NCBI RefSeq assembly: GCF_009914755.1
Contig: NC_060927.1
Direction: 5' to 3' (one strand)
From: the human T2T-CHM13v2.0 reference genome, Homo sapiens
Length of the DNA stretch: 64,000 bases
Shown here: positions 11,700 through 26,400 of the stretch, one piece after another
Layout of the letters: each line of letters starts with the position of its first letter
Position numbering within the stretch: the stretch's first letter is position 1
Position numbers and translations under genes: made by a program
Notes under the pieces: model-generated
The model's database searches: none
The model's input: only the letters and a program-made list of their open reading frames with translations
Told to the model about the DNA's origin: nothing

Positions 11700-14600
11700 A
11701 TGAGACTAAGATCACATCTGAATGGACCATTACTTAGAACAGGATGTGACCAGAGAGGAGGGTCCAGGAGAGCACTCAGCACAGCCACAGGGGACAGGCA
11801 CTGGGGAAACTGAATCAGCCACTAATGCCAACAAAGCTTCCTGATCTACAGCACTCCTAAATCTTAGCTCATGTAAATACTCACCAGTGGCTGAGAGAGA
11901 AAGAGGAGGAGGAGCACAGGTAAAATCGGAGGCTATCTCAATTGGTAGGCAGAGACAATTGAAAAAGAATACAGGATAGGTAAGACTCAACAAGTCAGGT
12001 CAGGAATCCAATATCTAGATGGTATTAAAGCCGAGCCACAGCCTTGAATTCTGCCTGGAGAGACCTAAATCACAAATTCAATTAGTGGTACTGTGGCACT
12101 GGGGGAATGCAATAGTCTTAAATACAATGTTGACTTTGCACACATTTTAAAATATGTATTTATAACAATGAGACATTTCAAATAATAGTGATAGTGGCTA
12201 GTGTGCATTGAATAATGTTTCAGTGACTGTTCTAAGTGCTTCACATCTTAAATGCTGTAAACTATTATCCTCATTTTGCACTTGAGAGACTGAAGTATTG
12301 AGATATGAGCTGTGAAGTCTTGGAGGACACGGGAAGCAATGCATTTACCATTGTTGCAATTTTGTCACTTAAAAGGTAGACTTGGACAGACAAGAAATAC
12401 AGCTCTTTTAAGGCAATGCCATTTACTTAAGAAGCACATAATGAAGGATTTGAGATTATCCTAGAGAGTGTCTCAAAGGGTAATATTTTTTAAATTTTTC
12501 CAACAATAGTGAGAATTTCCTGTTCACTTACACAATGCTAAGTTTGGTGCATTATTATAAATGCCCACTTTAATTAATACAATAGTACAATGTAGTTCAC
12601 CTAGAATTAATGGATGAGGTAGGAAGCAAACTTGCTCCTATTTCTCAAAGAGGTGTGGAGAGAGACAGAAGTTAGGGAAAACTTTCTAATAAAAAATCAG
12701 CTGTTGAAATCAAAGAAGCTTTAGCATGAACCAAATTGCTAAGAACCAATGGCAAATTAGAAGAGGTTAACTAGGTGCTGGGATCCTAAAAAGAGATCTA
12801 CCATCCAGAAACTCAGACTGGAATTTGATAACCTTCTGAGAAACATCAGATTATTGTTAAAGCACATTCCAATAAACTAGAGCTCCTATTTGGCTCAGGA
12901 TGAATGTTTTTAATTTTGAATACTGCTCTGAATTGCTTATCATGAAAATGTTTAATAATGCAATGTGGCTACAATGTAGGAAGCATTGTAAAGAGAGGCA
13001 GAAGGTGAATAATTGGGTAAAACGATCTCAATTTAAAATGAGCAGGGCAGCTGGTTCATAAAAGAAATACTGTGTACATGAGTGGAAGAAAATAGCTGGT
13101 GAAAAACAAAGAGAATCAAAAATAGTGTAACACAGAGAAAATGAACTGCAGTTCCTTTCTCTTTTAAGTCCTAAATAGAAAGCCATGTGATGTAAGCAGT
13201 GGGTTTCTATATTACCCAGAATCCCAAACAACAACTAAAGATCTAAAGATGTGCTTTTGGCAGTAGAGTTGGAGAAAAGAATAGATTCCAGATGACTTAG
13301 ATGATGCCCCTCACGGAGGCCCAGGAAATATTTGCCAAGGCGTCAGCTACATGGACAAGGTAAAAAACATCACAGTTGGCCACACAAGACATTTGGGCCT
13401 CTATATGAAATTTATGTTCGTTGTGTGCTGTTTCCAAGTAAAATTTCAAATTAACTATTTCTTTGATAAGAAATCGCCATAATTCTTAGAGTGCTGAAAG
13501 GGAGAAAATGAACCAACTATAGTCATGGACAATGAAATTAATTGCCTGAGAATTTCCTGTAAAAGAGCTCTGGATTAGGTCACAACACACTTATGTTAAA
13601 TGCCGTATAAGACATTCTCCAAAAAATATCCTAAATGGGGCCTAGATCTCCTGGCACTGTCATATAAGGAGTTCTGATGGGACTAAATTGAACAAATAGA
13701 AAGTAATCGTTATCTGTTAGAAAGGTGTAGCCAGGTCTTTCTGTACCCTTTCCAAAAGAAAAACTGCATATCTTCCATGAGAGACAAAAGTATGTACCAT
13801 CTGCAAATTCTTGCAAAGACCTGTATCACATAAAAATTACCCTTATTCTCTCCTTCGATATGTGGATTTCTATAAATAAATTGAGAGAAGCTAAGCCTTT
13901 GGTAAGCCAAAAAAGACAAAATAAAATTGTGACTGGATGTCACTATGAGCCCCCAGTTTCGGTCTAGAATAAATAAAAGGAATCTGTGTTTCTACGCCCC
14001 TTTTCTAGAACTGTTGCACATTTTCACCAGGCTGCCTGGTCGAGGAGAAAAGAAGTCTGGGAATGGGGATGCTATCTTTGTAAAGGCGTTGGAAAGAGGA
14101 TCTCAGCACGGCAGTGAGAAACCACATTGGTTCTCTATGGGAATTAAGCAGATTAAGTGTACAAACCTATAATTCCAGGGAAGTAACAGCCTTGTTGCTG
14201 CAAAGGGTAGAAGCTTCAGAGTGGAAGTCACTATTAATTCCTATGTGGTTTGCCACAAAGGGTGTGCTGTCAGCAACAACAACCCCTAGAGCTGCTAGCT
14301 TGAATTCTCAGGCCATGCTCACATGAACTACAGAATACTACAGTGACTCTAGAGACTGGTGTCCTTACGTCTCTCATTCTATGCTATGAATAACTGATTC
14401 CTGCCTCAGCTCATGGTATTCCCAAACATAAGGACTAGACAAGGGCACAGCTGTAGCACAAGTTTTAGAGTGTAGGTCTGAGATTAGAGGGAAGTCAGGC
14501 CAGGAAAGAATCCCTCAAGTGTTGAGGGTCAACATAACAACAAGCTCAGAAGCAAATGTAACAAGCTGCCAAATCTCCAAGGTAAAAGGTGGTAGCTGAA

Positions 14601-14758
14601 ATAGTTTAGAGAGATTCTGTAGGGAGAAAGACATATTTGAAGTGAAGTCCACAGATGAGGATTTCAGGATCTTGCAGGATACTGAAAGCAGGTTTTTTGT
14701 TTGTTCGGGTTCTATTTTTTTTTAAGCTACCATTGTATTAATGGTCTAACTGAGGATC

Positions 14759-15772
14759 TTTTTTTATTATTTATTTATTTATTTTCAATTTTTGTAGCTA
14801 TATAGTTGGTGTATATATTTATGGGGTACATGAGAAATTTTGATACAGGTATACAATGCATAATAATCACATTAGGGTAAATGGGGTATCCATCACCTCA
14901 AGCATTTATCCTTTCTATTACAAACAACCCAATTATACTCTTTTCGTTATTTTAAATGTACAATAAATTATTATTGACTACAGTCACCTGTTATGCTATC
15001 AAATAGTAGATCTTATTCATTCTAACTATATTTTTGTACCCGTTAACTATTTCCACTCCACCTACCACACTCACTACCTTTCCCAGCCTCTGGTAACCAT
15101 TATTCTACTCTGTATTATTTGTAAGCTTCATGGTAACCATAAAATTTAAAACAACAGATACACAAAAAAATAAAAAGCAAGAAATTAAAGCATACTACCA
15201 GAGAAAAACCACCTACACTAAAAGGAAGACAGGAAGGAAGGAAGGAAAGAAAGAAGACCACAAAACAACCAGAAAATAACAAAATGGCAGGAGTTAAGTC
15301 CTCACTTATTAGTAGTAACAGTGAATGTAAGTGGAGTACACTCTCCAATCAAAAGACAGAGTGGTTGAATGGATTAAAAAGCAAGACCCATTGATCTGTT
15401 GCCTATAAGAAATACGCTTCATCTATAAAAACACACACAGACTGAAAATAAAGGGATGGAAAAAGATATTCCATGCAAATAGAAACAAAAAAAGAGCTGG
15501 AATAGCTATACTTATATCAGACAAGATATATTTCAAGACAAAACTTTAAAAAGAGACAAAGAAGGTCACTATATAATGATAAAGCAGTAAATTCAACAAA
15601 AGGATATAACAATTATAAATATACATGCACCCAACACTGGAGCACCCAGATACATAAAGCAAATATTAGAGCTAAAAATAGAGACAGGCCCTAATTCAGT
15701 AATAGCTGGAGACTTCAACACCACACACTCAGCACTGGACAGATATCTAGACAGAGAAATGACAAAGACATA
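14759..15772. mobile_element. L1MA-type fragments: 3' end on minus (14759-15113) abutting a plus-strand endonuclease segment (15114-15772)
   Basis: T-rich tail and L1MA 3'UTR, followed by ORF2 N-terminus-like sequence (AAGCAAGACCCA, GCACCCAACACTGGAGCACCCAGA, GGAGACTTCAACACC). Confidence 0.8.
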
Positions 15773-16061
15773 CTTCATGATATCCTTACTTCTATTTTTA
15801 CCTGCGAACCTTTTTGAGACTCATTTTATAAATAGGGTACAGTTGAAACTGGATTGTTCCATCGTGCCCATATTTACGAGGTAGAGGCATGTAATCTTGA
15901 TGTTTGACTTTTCTATTGATAAAGAACAACAGGGAGCACACTTAGAGCGCTGTTCAGTAACTCTTTCCCAAAAGGGCTTTCAAGTGCTAATTGATCAGGA
16001 ATACACACCACTTCTTATCAAGGGCCAAAACCTATTGAGCCACAAAATTTAAAAAAAAAAT

Positions 16062-16682
<621 letters not shown>

Positions 16683-16797
16683 AAATACATTTAATTTTCA
16701 AGTTTCTCACATCTCTCTTGGCAATTATGGAATATAGGCTGTTCTGGTGATGGTATCAGGTAAAGAAGAGCATTATTTCTTTTTTAATGTTACACAT

Positions 16798-17016
16798 CAG
16801 GGGTTAGCAAACTATAGCCTGTGTGCTGAATCCAGCCAGTTCCCTGTTTTTGTAAATAGAGTTTTATTGGGACATAGCTATGTTCATTCATTTACATATT
16901 GTTTATGGGTACTTTTATGCTACAATGTTAGAAATGAGTAGTTGCAACAGAAACTGGTCCACAAAGCCTAAACTATTTTTCACCTGATCCTTTACAAAAA
17001 AGGTATGCCAACTCCT
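16798..17016. mobile_element. MER58A-like hAT-Charlie element
   Basis: CAGGGGTTAGCAAACTA...GTTTTTGTAAATAGAGTTTTATTGG...TGCCAACTCCT with degenerate terminal inverted repeats. Confidence 0.8.
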
Positions 17017-18582
17017 ACCCTAAAGTAAAAAAGGATTTGAACTTTGTAAAATTCTGTGACAGTTTAGTTCGGTGTGCAGGTCCTGATGAATTGCTTCTCC
17101 TGCAATATAAGTAAGCAACAAAAAGTCAGTTGAGTCTCTGGGGTTGCTGCGATTGTAGGGTAAAGGCAGAACCATCTGGCTTGCCGAATCTCAGGAGACA
17201 AGTGTCTTCAGAGGCACCACCCACAATTTCAGAGACCCAGGACTGGTTGCCAGTCTCATAAGCAGTTGTGGCATGTGGAGTGTGACCTAAAGGCATGTTA
17301 ACCTTGAAACTCTGAACACTGTGATAGCCAACTTAACAACCACTAAAACTAATTGTCATAAACCTTGCAAAGAAATAACCTTCTCCCCAAAGTGTTGGGC
17401 TTTCAACTCTATCTCAGACAACAGCAACAGCAAATGGGACTTTCGGAAGGCGAGAACTCTGGGAAGCAGACAGCCCAGGAAAGAGGAGCCCAGCTGCTTC
17501 TCTGAGCTCGCTGACCACTAAGGCAGAAAGGCCATTTCTACTTTTCACATTTGGGCAGGACAGCTCCTCTGAAATGCCCAGTACTGATTCCCTTACTTTT
17601 CTCTCATGGAAATCTCTAAACTCCTGTTTCTTCCACCTGCTGGTCAGCTGTGCAGTGGCTCTTAGCTACTTGGATGCAAACCCTCCAGAGTAGAGTGGAT
17701 TACTCTGGTCATTCTGCTACTGAACGGGTTTTGCTTACATTCTAGCTCATGCATCTGCATGTGAGGGAGGGAAGAGACAAGCCTTAGGGGTGTCCACGAG
17801 TTACTTTGTTGTGGATATGCTGCACTTCTGAAAATTTCCTGCTGCGTCTTCTCCTATCATTGCCTCTGATAAAGTAGCTATGTATATCCACTAAAGGTGG
17901 CTACCGGCCAGGGGACCCTAAACTCTGTGAAATTCATCTGGATGTGCCTGCTTTCTAAATGGATTAGGCATAACCTTCAAGGTGTTTGAACCTAAATGGC
18001 AACTTGATTATTTTCACTAGTTCTCAGCCCCTTTGTTGCCTCTCCTCTTCCAATTGCAAAAAGGCCCAGCCTCTTTTGAGTGTGAGCTGCCAGTCACCAT
18101 CTGCTTCTCTTCTTCTACCAACTGTATCTGATATGTAATCACACTAATTATAATTCTGCTCCATTACGTTCCTCGCAGGTTTGAGGAGAGGCTGGTTTTT
18201 GGGTGCATTTGGAACTAACCACTTCTCACCATGAGAGGGTCCTCCAGCTGGTTTTATGCCAACTTTGCTGCATGACGAGTGAATGCAGAGGAACTCCCAG
18301 TCCCAAAAGTAGATCCCAGTATTCGGTTCAATGCTGTCTATATCTCAGGGGCAAGGAACAAGAGCCACAGTTCCCCCCACACCATGACAGGGAAAACACC
18401 ACCTAGCATTAGGGACTTTAACAACGCTAAACCAGAAGGTCAGGTAATGAAGACTCTCTGCTACGGAAAGTACCTCAGGCTCATTAGCCTATCTATGTGG
18501 GGCTCATCTGTGTGTGCTGGGGGGGGCATGGCTGTGGTCGGGGGCATGGTTGACTCTTTCTCTCTCTCCTACTCCCCTTGGC

Positions 18583-18666
18583 CAATCCTCACTTGTCTAT
18601 CGGCCCCCATCACTTGTAAGGTAAACAAACAGCAAGTGATGGGGGCTGATAGACAGGTGAGGATTG
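18583..18666. repeat. 34-bp inverted repeat with 16-nt spacer (hairpin)
   Basis: Arms 18583-18616 and 18633-18666 are reverse complements at 32 of 34 positions. Confidence 0.95.
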
Positions 18667-19137
18667 AAGCGGACTGGGAGACAAAAGGATAGTGGTGCAG
18701 AGGATTACCTCTCACAAGCCTGAGAAAGGTATGAATAATTTTAAAAACAAAACCAAGCCTCTGCCAGTGAAAATGCTAAGAGCCCCACTCTGCCAGAGCT
18801 CCTCCCTTTCCATGATAGAGCTCTATGAGTGGGTCACTGTGCTGGAGAGTCACTACAAGTTCATCTTTATGGTAATGGAGAAAATTCCACCTCTGATCCC
18901 CCCAGGACTGAAGTTACCCTGTTCTTCCTATCACTATTGCATGGCAGATGATGAGAAGACCTGACCACCTCCGAAGGAGCAGACCTCGTCCCCCCAGCCA
19001 CCTGCTCCAGCCCCTTGCTACCTCCTTGTCATATCCCTCCATCCCTTGGTGTTTTGCTGCTCTTTCCCGTGCCTGCCACACTGTGGAGGTGGGAGAGGCT
19101 TTCTTATCACCAAGGTTCCAATGTTCTAACATGGTCC

Positions 19138-19535
19138 TGGTATGGAATAAATTGTGCATCCCCTGCCTCAATTCATATGTTGAAGCCCTAACCGAAATGT
19201 GACTGTATTTGGAGACAGGCCCTTTAAGGAGGTAATTAAGGTTAAATGAAGTTTTAAGGGTGAGCCCCTAATCGGATGGGACTCGTGTCCCTATAAGAGG
19301 AGGAAGAGACCCTGGAGATCACTCTCCTTCCATGTGCATACAGAAGGAAGGCCATGAGACGGCACAGGAGAAGGCAGCCACATGCAAGTCAGAAAGAGAG
19401 GCCTCCCCAGAAACCAATCCTGCTGCCACTTTGGTATTGGACTTCCAGCCTCCAGAACTGTGAGAAAATTAATTTCTGTTGTTTAAGCCACCAAGTCCAT
19501 AGCAGATTGTTATGGCAGCTGGAGCTGACAAATAT
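19138..19535 (+). mobile_element. MLT1B/MLT1A-like solo LTR
   Basis: ATTCATATGTTGAAGCCCTAACC...GGACTTCCAGCCTCCAGAACTGTGAGAAAATTAATTTCTGTTGTTTAAGCCAC. Confidence 0.85.
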
Positions 19536-20283
19536 GGTCTGACACAGGAGGGACATGCTTTGTCACTGGCTTCTAGTGTACCCTTCCATTGGTAACCTCC
19601 ATCTTCAGTCTCTTACAGTGCCTTCCACAGGAAGTTGAGAGACAGCCCTTTGGCACTAAGCCTCAGGAGCTACGAGAGGGAACATCAAGTTGTATTTGAA
19701 ACCATCCACCCTGCCCTGCCTGCCTAGCTTTGTCCAGAGTCTGAGCTGTAAGTTCCCTAAGTCCAATTCACGATTTCCCTCAGCTGGCCCATCTATTCTA
19801 TCACCACCCAAAAAGGACCCCAGCCCTTCTCTTGACCCTCTAGAAATCTTTCTTGGGAAGACAACACTGGCCTCTGCGGAACACTCACTCTGCAGTGACT
19901 GCTTTTTTCATTTAAAGGTCTCTTTTCCTGTGTGTCTCTGTGCTTCTCACAGCATCTTTCCTTGTCTCTTTCTTTTGAAAATATCCTTTTGTTATTCTTT
20001 CTCTGTCTCACTCTTGAGGTCTGTCCTCATCTCTTACTCCTAATGATTCCCTTTCTATTTCTTTCTTCTCTTTCACCCTTAACATTGAAGTATGTTATTT
20101 TTAACTTATTGAATATGGCTTGTTCTCTAATACTAATTTGATAAGTAAATGAGTCCAAAATATATGCCTCCTCTTGCATAACAACAAATAAGCAAACAGA
20201 GATAAAATTAACATAGCTTCTCTAATCCTTGACTCCACTTTTCCTGGGTTCCTCTGCTCAGCACTACTAACCAACATTTGTTG

Positions 20284-20302
20284 GTGCCACAAGGGGGCAG
20301 TG
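20284..20302 (+). promoter_or_regulatory. CTCF core motif
   Basis: GTGCCACAAGGGGGCAGTG matches CCASNAGRKGGCRS; occupancy unknown. Confidence 0.6.
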
Positions 20303-20950
20303 TGATCAAGCAGATTATTTAACCCAAGCAGCTATAAGAGAAGTCAGAGGAGGCAGGGAAAGGTAGAGGCAGAAATCAAGAAATTGCCTGCTTCTGTCAC
20401 TGGGGAAGAGCCATGGCAGGCAAAGAGCATGGAGAATGATTCCACTGGCTTTCTGACTCATCAGTTTTTATATCTGTGAAATGAGATTATACCCAACTAG
20501 AGGAACTTAAAGTTCATCCTGGCGCAAAAGTCTTTTGATTGGAAATCAAAAGGCAGGGGAGGGTGGTGAGGTCAAGGATGACTGAATCTTTCAGTACGGT
20601 TGAGCACAGGGACCTGGAGGCTTGCTTATGCACATATTGATTGTGTGGTAATGGAATGGATAAAGAGAAAGATCTAGCCGGTATCTGGAAATTTGTGCCT
20701 AGAACTCAGAAGAAAAATGAGGAAAAGAAATGTGATTTGGGAGGTCACAAAAGCCACTTACATGGAGAGCCAAATGTTCTGCGATCTCCACCTGATGACT
20801 TAGGCAAGACTCTGCTTCCCAGTCCTGTGTCTTCCTAACTTCCCAAGCTGGGACCCAATATGGGCCTGTCCTAACTCTGTCATTTGCAAGTGACAAAAAC
20901 TCAAGTCAAATTAGAATTAGTGAAAAAGGCGATTGGCTTTTGTCTCTGAA

Positions 20951-21262
20951 GCACTAGCCAATATAGTGTGAGACACATACATAATTTTAAAAGTGCTTAC
21001 CAGTAGACACACTTTGGAAAGCTGAAAGGTCAAGGTAAAATTAATTCTAGGAATGTATTTTTTAAATTCAGTATATCCAAAATTATTCTACTTTGAATAT
21101 GTAATCAGAATGTTAAAATTATTGAGACATTTGAAAATTTGTGTACAAAATCTTCAAAATGTGGTATGCATTTTACATTTCCAGCCATCTCAACTTGGCC
21201 TAGCTATATTTTATGTGCTCAATAGCCACATGTGCCAATGACAATCATATTAAACAGTGCAG
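20951..21262. mobile_element. MER33-like hAT-Charlie element inside an old MLT1 remnant (about 20860-21720)
   Basis: TAGCTATATTTTATGTGCTCAATAGCCACATGTG...ATATTAAACAGTGCAG terminus. Confidence 0.7.
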
Positions 21263-22585
21263 ATCTAAAGCTAGACCCTTGACATAGGGCTGGATCCAGG
21301 AACTTAAATAAATAGTATGGTGTGTGCTAAGTTTTGCATTTCTTTGCATGTTGGGCTCATCCTCTCCAAAAAGATACTTTGGGGAAGATGGCCCACATGT
21401 AGTTGCAGCTTATGTTGTGCTTACACCTCACAGTCACAGAAGAAAAGACAATGCAATTTCAATAGCTTTGATTGGTCCTGATGATGTCACATGATCCTCC
21501 ATGAATCAATCACTGAGGCCAGGGGAATGGAACCAACTCTAACCAACATTGTTTTCAATAGCTCAGGCAAACAAAGCTCTGATTGCCCAGGCCTGGCCAC
21601 ATGCTCCTCTCTGGACCTGAGGGTAGAATGAAGAGGCTGTTCAGCCCCACCCGAGCCACACAGAATGAAGGAAGATGGGTCTCCAAAAGAAGGGATGTGG
21701 CACACATCACATACATCCATTTAACTGCCACTTGTAGATTTAAACAGCCCAGAAACCCTGGATTCCATGCAATCCCAAGGCAAGGGAGATTAGGAAGGTA
21801 CTAATAGCTGTCCATCCAGTCACACCTTGATGACCAGTTCTTTTTCTACTTACACCATAATCATAGTATCACAGGAGTGGAATTCCACTGGATTCCCACT
21901 TCTGAATCTGCAAGTCCATTTAGCCAGCTTCTCAATGCTTGTGGCCAGATCCCGGATTCCTCTGAGGGTCTAACCTGTTCCTCCATCAGGCCCCTTGGAG
22001 CTTAGATTTAATTTTAACCACATGCCCTGTGCTTTTTCCCTTGTAGAGCTCACATTTGCTCTGAAGCTCAGATTTAGTAATCTTAGGCTCAGCTCCTTCA
22101 TTCAACTATAGTTGCCTTTGAGAGGCAACCTCAGTCCTCATGGTGCTTTCCTGACACTAAACTCTGATAATTTACATAGCAATAAAAAATTACACAGAGA
22201 TTGTATAGTATAAATAACAACAACATAAGACTATGGAGCCATATTGAAGCTGGGATTCAAATCCCAGCTCTGCCACTTAGTGTCTCTGTGATGTTGTGCC
22301 AATTAACCTTCCTATGCTTTTTTTTTTTTTTTTGTCTTCAACATATGGATAAAAGACAACTTACTTACCAGGCTTGTGGTGTAAGTTAGATCTATAAATA
22401 TATGCAAAATGCAAACCACTTTATGCACAGAATTTACAGAGCTTTTACATACACAATATTTAATCCACATAACAATCCAGTTGTGTAGGCAAGGTAGGGT
22501 TTAGTTAGAGAGCTAGAGAGTGGCACACAGCTGGCAATGTGATGATTCCAATCCAGTGCACCACCCAGTCGGCCCACTGCCTCCT

Positions 22586-22604
22586 CCACCACCTGGGGGC
22601 AGCA
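22586..22604 (+). promoter_or_regulatory. CTCF-like core motif
   Basis: CCACCACCTGGGGGCAGCA, with one core deviation (T for A). Confidence 0.45.
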
Positions 22605-25562
22605 CAGGGCACAGTGTGAGCACTCAAGTATAATTCATAACTGGCTTTCCGTTTACAGAAGCACATCAATTAAAGAAGAATGAGTATTCCATGGCACAGT
22701 GAAACTGATTTTCATGTGGGGCTTGTAGGATCTGTCATTACTAATTCATCACGCTTCAAATATTCAACCCAAATGTTGAATTTTTAAGGGTTGCAGTTTC
22801 ATAGAATTTGCAGTAAGTGTCACCCTACAGCTACTGAACAATCAATGCCCCAGATCTAAAAGTAACAAGAAAGTGAAAAAGTGTAATGCACATCCTATAA
22901 CATCACCTACATTTTAACCTAGATAAAACAACACAAAGCAAAAAGAAAAAAACAAAAAACATTGCACCATTTCATGTTACATTGCAGATGACTGTTTTTG
23001 CGGCATATTTCTTCCCACTGCATCCCCTTGACTCCCTATTTGTCAGGAAGTGTCTTTGGGACATGGTTATGTGCTAATTGCTGGAGACTGGCAGACTGTT
23101 AAAGTAGAATTTTCAAAAGCGTTACTTGTTCTGTTGTTTTGATATCCCCCAAGTCCTATGACTATCCCTCAGAGTTGGATCTTCTTGATGCAAAGCTGCC
23201 CCTAACAGCACACTGTCCTCTCCCTACCTTCTTTGCTCCTTCCCGGATCAACAGTCATGATGAACTTGGTTGCCTTTATAGCTGGACAAGCGTGTTTTAG
23301 GACTATTTAAAAACATGGGGGATAACAGTAACCTTGTATTTGTTTTACTCCTTGTACTTTTCAAAGAAATTTTTTTAAATATCTGTAATCTCACTTGAAA
23401 TTTATAACTACCTTGTATAATGAGTAGGGCAGATATTGTACTCATTTCAGAAAAGTGGAACTAGTCTAGAGAGGTTAAGTCAATTGACTAAGATTGCACA
23501 GCTGGTCAGCTGAAGGAAGTACTGTATTTCCCAAATCCAATCCCAGAACACATTCTGCTATTGTTAAAGAGGAACCAGGGTCTAATATGCATATTAGCAT
23601 AACTTAGGTGTGTTCCATACTAAGTAGATTTTGACTGAAAGAGAATAATCAGCTTCAACAGTCTCAATAGCCGCAAAATCATAATCTCCCATTTATCTAC
23701 AGTGTAGGATGGTAAAGAATAGAACTTTCTGGTTAGAGTGCCACACATATATCTATGATTTGATACTGCTAGAGTGGCTATCCTAATCTTGATCTATGTT
23801 AGGATTTCTAGAATGTAAGTTTATTTGAGGGGACAGAATTTGGTTTGCTTCCACATCTTCAGCACCTGGAACAGTCCCAGGCACATAGTAAGTGCTTAAT
23901 TTGTAGTTTTAAATATTTAAAAATCTTAAATATTTGTTGAAAAAATAAAATCCGGAGAAAAGCAAAGCAGAAAGGAAAAATAGTGAAAATGTGTGCACTG
24001 TGGCTTTGCACAATTCAGCTTTCCAGGTTTGCCTCAGTCACTTAATATATAGAGGTATATATCTTCCATTTTATATCTGATTCTGTTCAATAGACAGAAC
24101 TACAGAACAAATGAGACATTTAGCAGTTGGCATCCCTGCATTTTCCCTGAGCCCTTGTTATTTCCCCAGTATTCATAAATGCCATATTCAAATATTAAAG
24201 TCATTCACAGTCATCCAAATCAGAATCTTCAATCCACAAATGGATTTCCTGCCCCGACTCTCACCCCTCAGTCAAGTTAATAGTTTCCAAGTTTTGTCCA
24301 TCAGAAATGGCTGAGTTTTGAGCAGAATATACTGTGATTTTTTACGTGTGTTTTTCAACGGCCCTATACTTGGATTGTGTCCCATCCCATCATCAAATTG
24401 CTCCAGAAATATCACCAAACCCAGGCCATCAGAGGATTTCAACCACTGCGTTGGGGCTAGAGGCTAGAGAGCACTCTAGAGTCTCATGGAGTATACTGGG
24501 CAGTTTGTCATCTGATTTCTCCATTGGAAAGCAAGACTGGGTTCCCAGGCACATGCATTTCTTGCCTGAATTATTGAAATAATCACCCAGCTAGCTTATG
24601 AAACTTAGTTTCTCCTCCACTTTCTCATTCTGTAATATAGGGCTGACGTCATCACTTCACTTTCTGCTTTCAAACCTTATGGTGCTTCAGTTCCCAAGAA
24701 TAAAGGACAAAAACTTAGCAGTGCATGTAAAACCCCTGATCTCCGGCCCTAAACTATTTGACTATATTACTGCTCTCTTTCACCAACTATCCATGAACAA
24801 CACTACCTGCTATAATCAAAGTTAATAAACACTTTCAACAACCCCATCTCAATTCCTTGATTATTCTGATTTCTCTGCCCTGGAATGTGCATTGCTCCCT
24901 CCTCTAATGCCTGAGAATGTTCACTAGTCAGAGCCCAATACTAAAAAATTCACCTGAGCACATATGATGTTGCTGGTAGTATAACTTGCTATAATCTTTC
25001 TAGAAAATAATTTGGCAATAGATATCAGGAGACTAAAAGCTCATATTCTCTGGCCCAAATATTTTCCCTATCTATCCTTTCTAAGGAAACAAACTTAAGA
25101 AATTATCCCCTGGGAAATCCATTACAGTGTTATTTATAATAGTAAAAAATACAATGACCCAAATTTCCTCCTGTTGAAGAATGTTTAAAACAGCAACTTT
25201 CAAACTTTTTTGACCATGATCCTCAATAAGAAATAAAAGGTGTATTATAATCCAATTACACTATTCATTTATATCCACACAGTAAACATACATTTATGTG
25301 TGTGTGTCTGTGTGGAGAGATCTGAAGTAAAATCTTCATGAGACAATACATATTGTTAACTACATATAATGCATACAATTTCATTTTTTAAAATGTTGAT
25401 TACAACCCACTAAACCTACCAATTAATATGTTGTGAGCCACTGTTTGGAAAACAGTAGATTTAAAATATGATCGTAGTATAATGGAATAATACTTAGTTA
25501 CATAAATATTTCTTAAAATAATAATCGCCCAAGAATATAATAGTTATAGAAAGCAAGGTACT

Positions 25563-25881
<319 letters not shown>

Positions 25882-26076
25882 CTACACAGCGTGATTTTAA
25901 TATTTTTTGAAGTATATATGCATTGGGATAGTTCTCTGGGGCCATTGCTAAGACAGAGGGTACTCCACTGTGGTCAACAATTTGCCTAATATTTCTATGT
26001 CGCAGTTTCTTGCAGGGAGCATAACAGAAGAGCATGGCATTCAGACAGTCCTGGAGTCCTGTGTGCTCTTGGATTA

Positions 26077-26400
<324 letters not shown>

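Noticed and set aside
18203-19202. Cluster of overlapping ORFs up to 137 aa
   Set aside because: No recognisable protein motifs or exon structure; expected by chance in moderately GC-rich DNA.
24644-24651. Perfect CRE palindrome TGACGTCA (also ATGACGTAAT at 63155-63164)
   Set aside because: Isolated short motifs with no promoter context; expected by chance in 64 kb.
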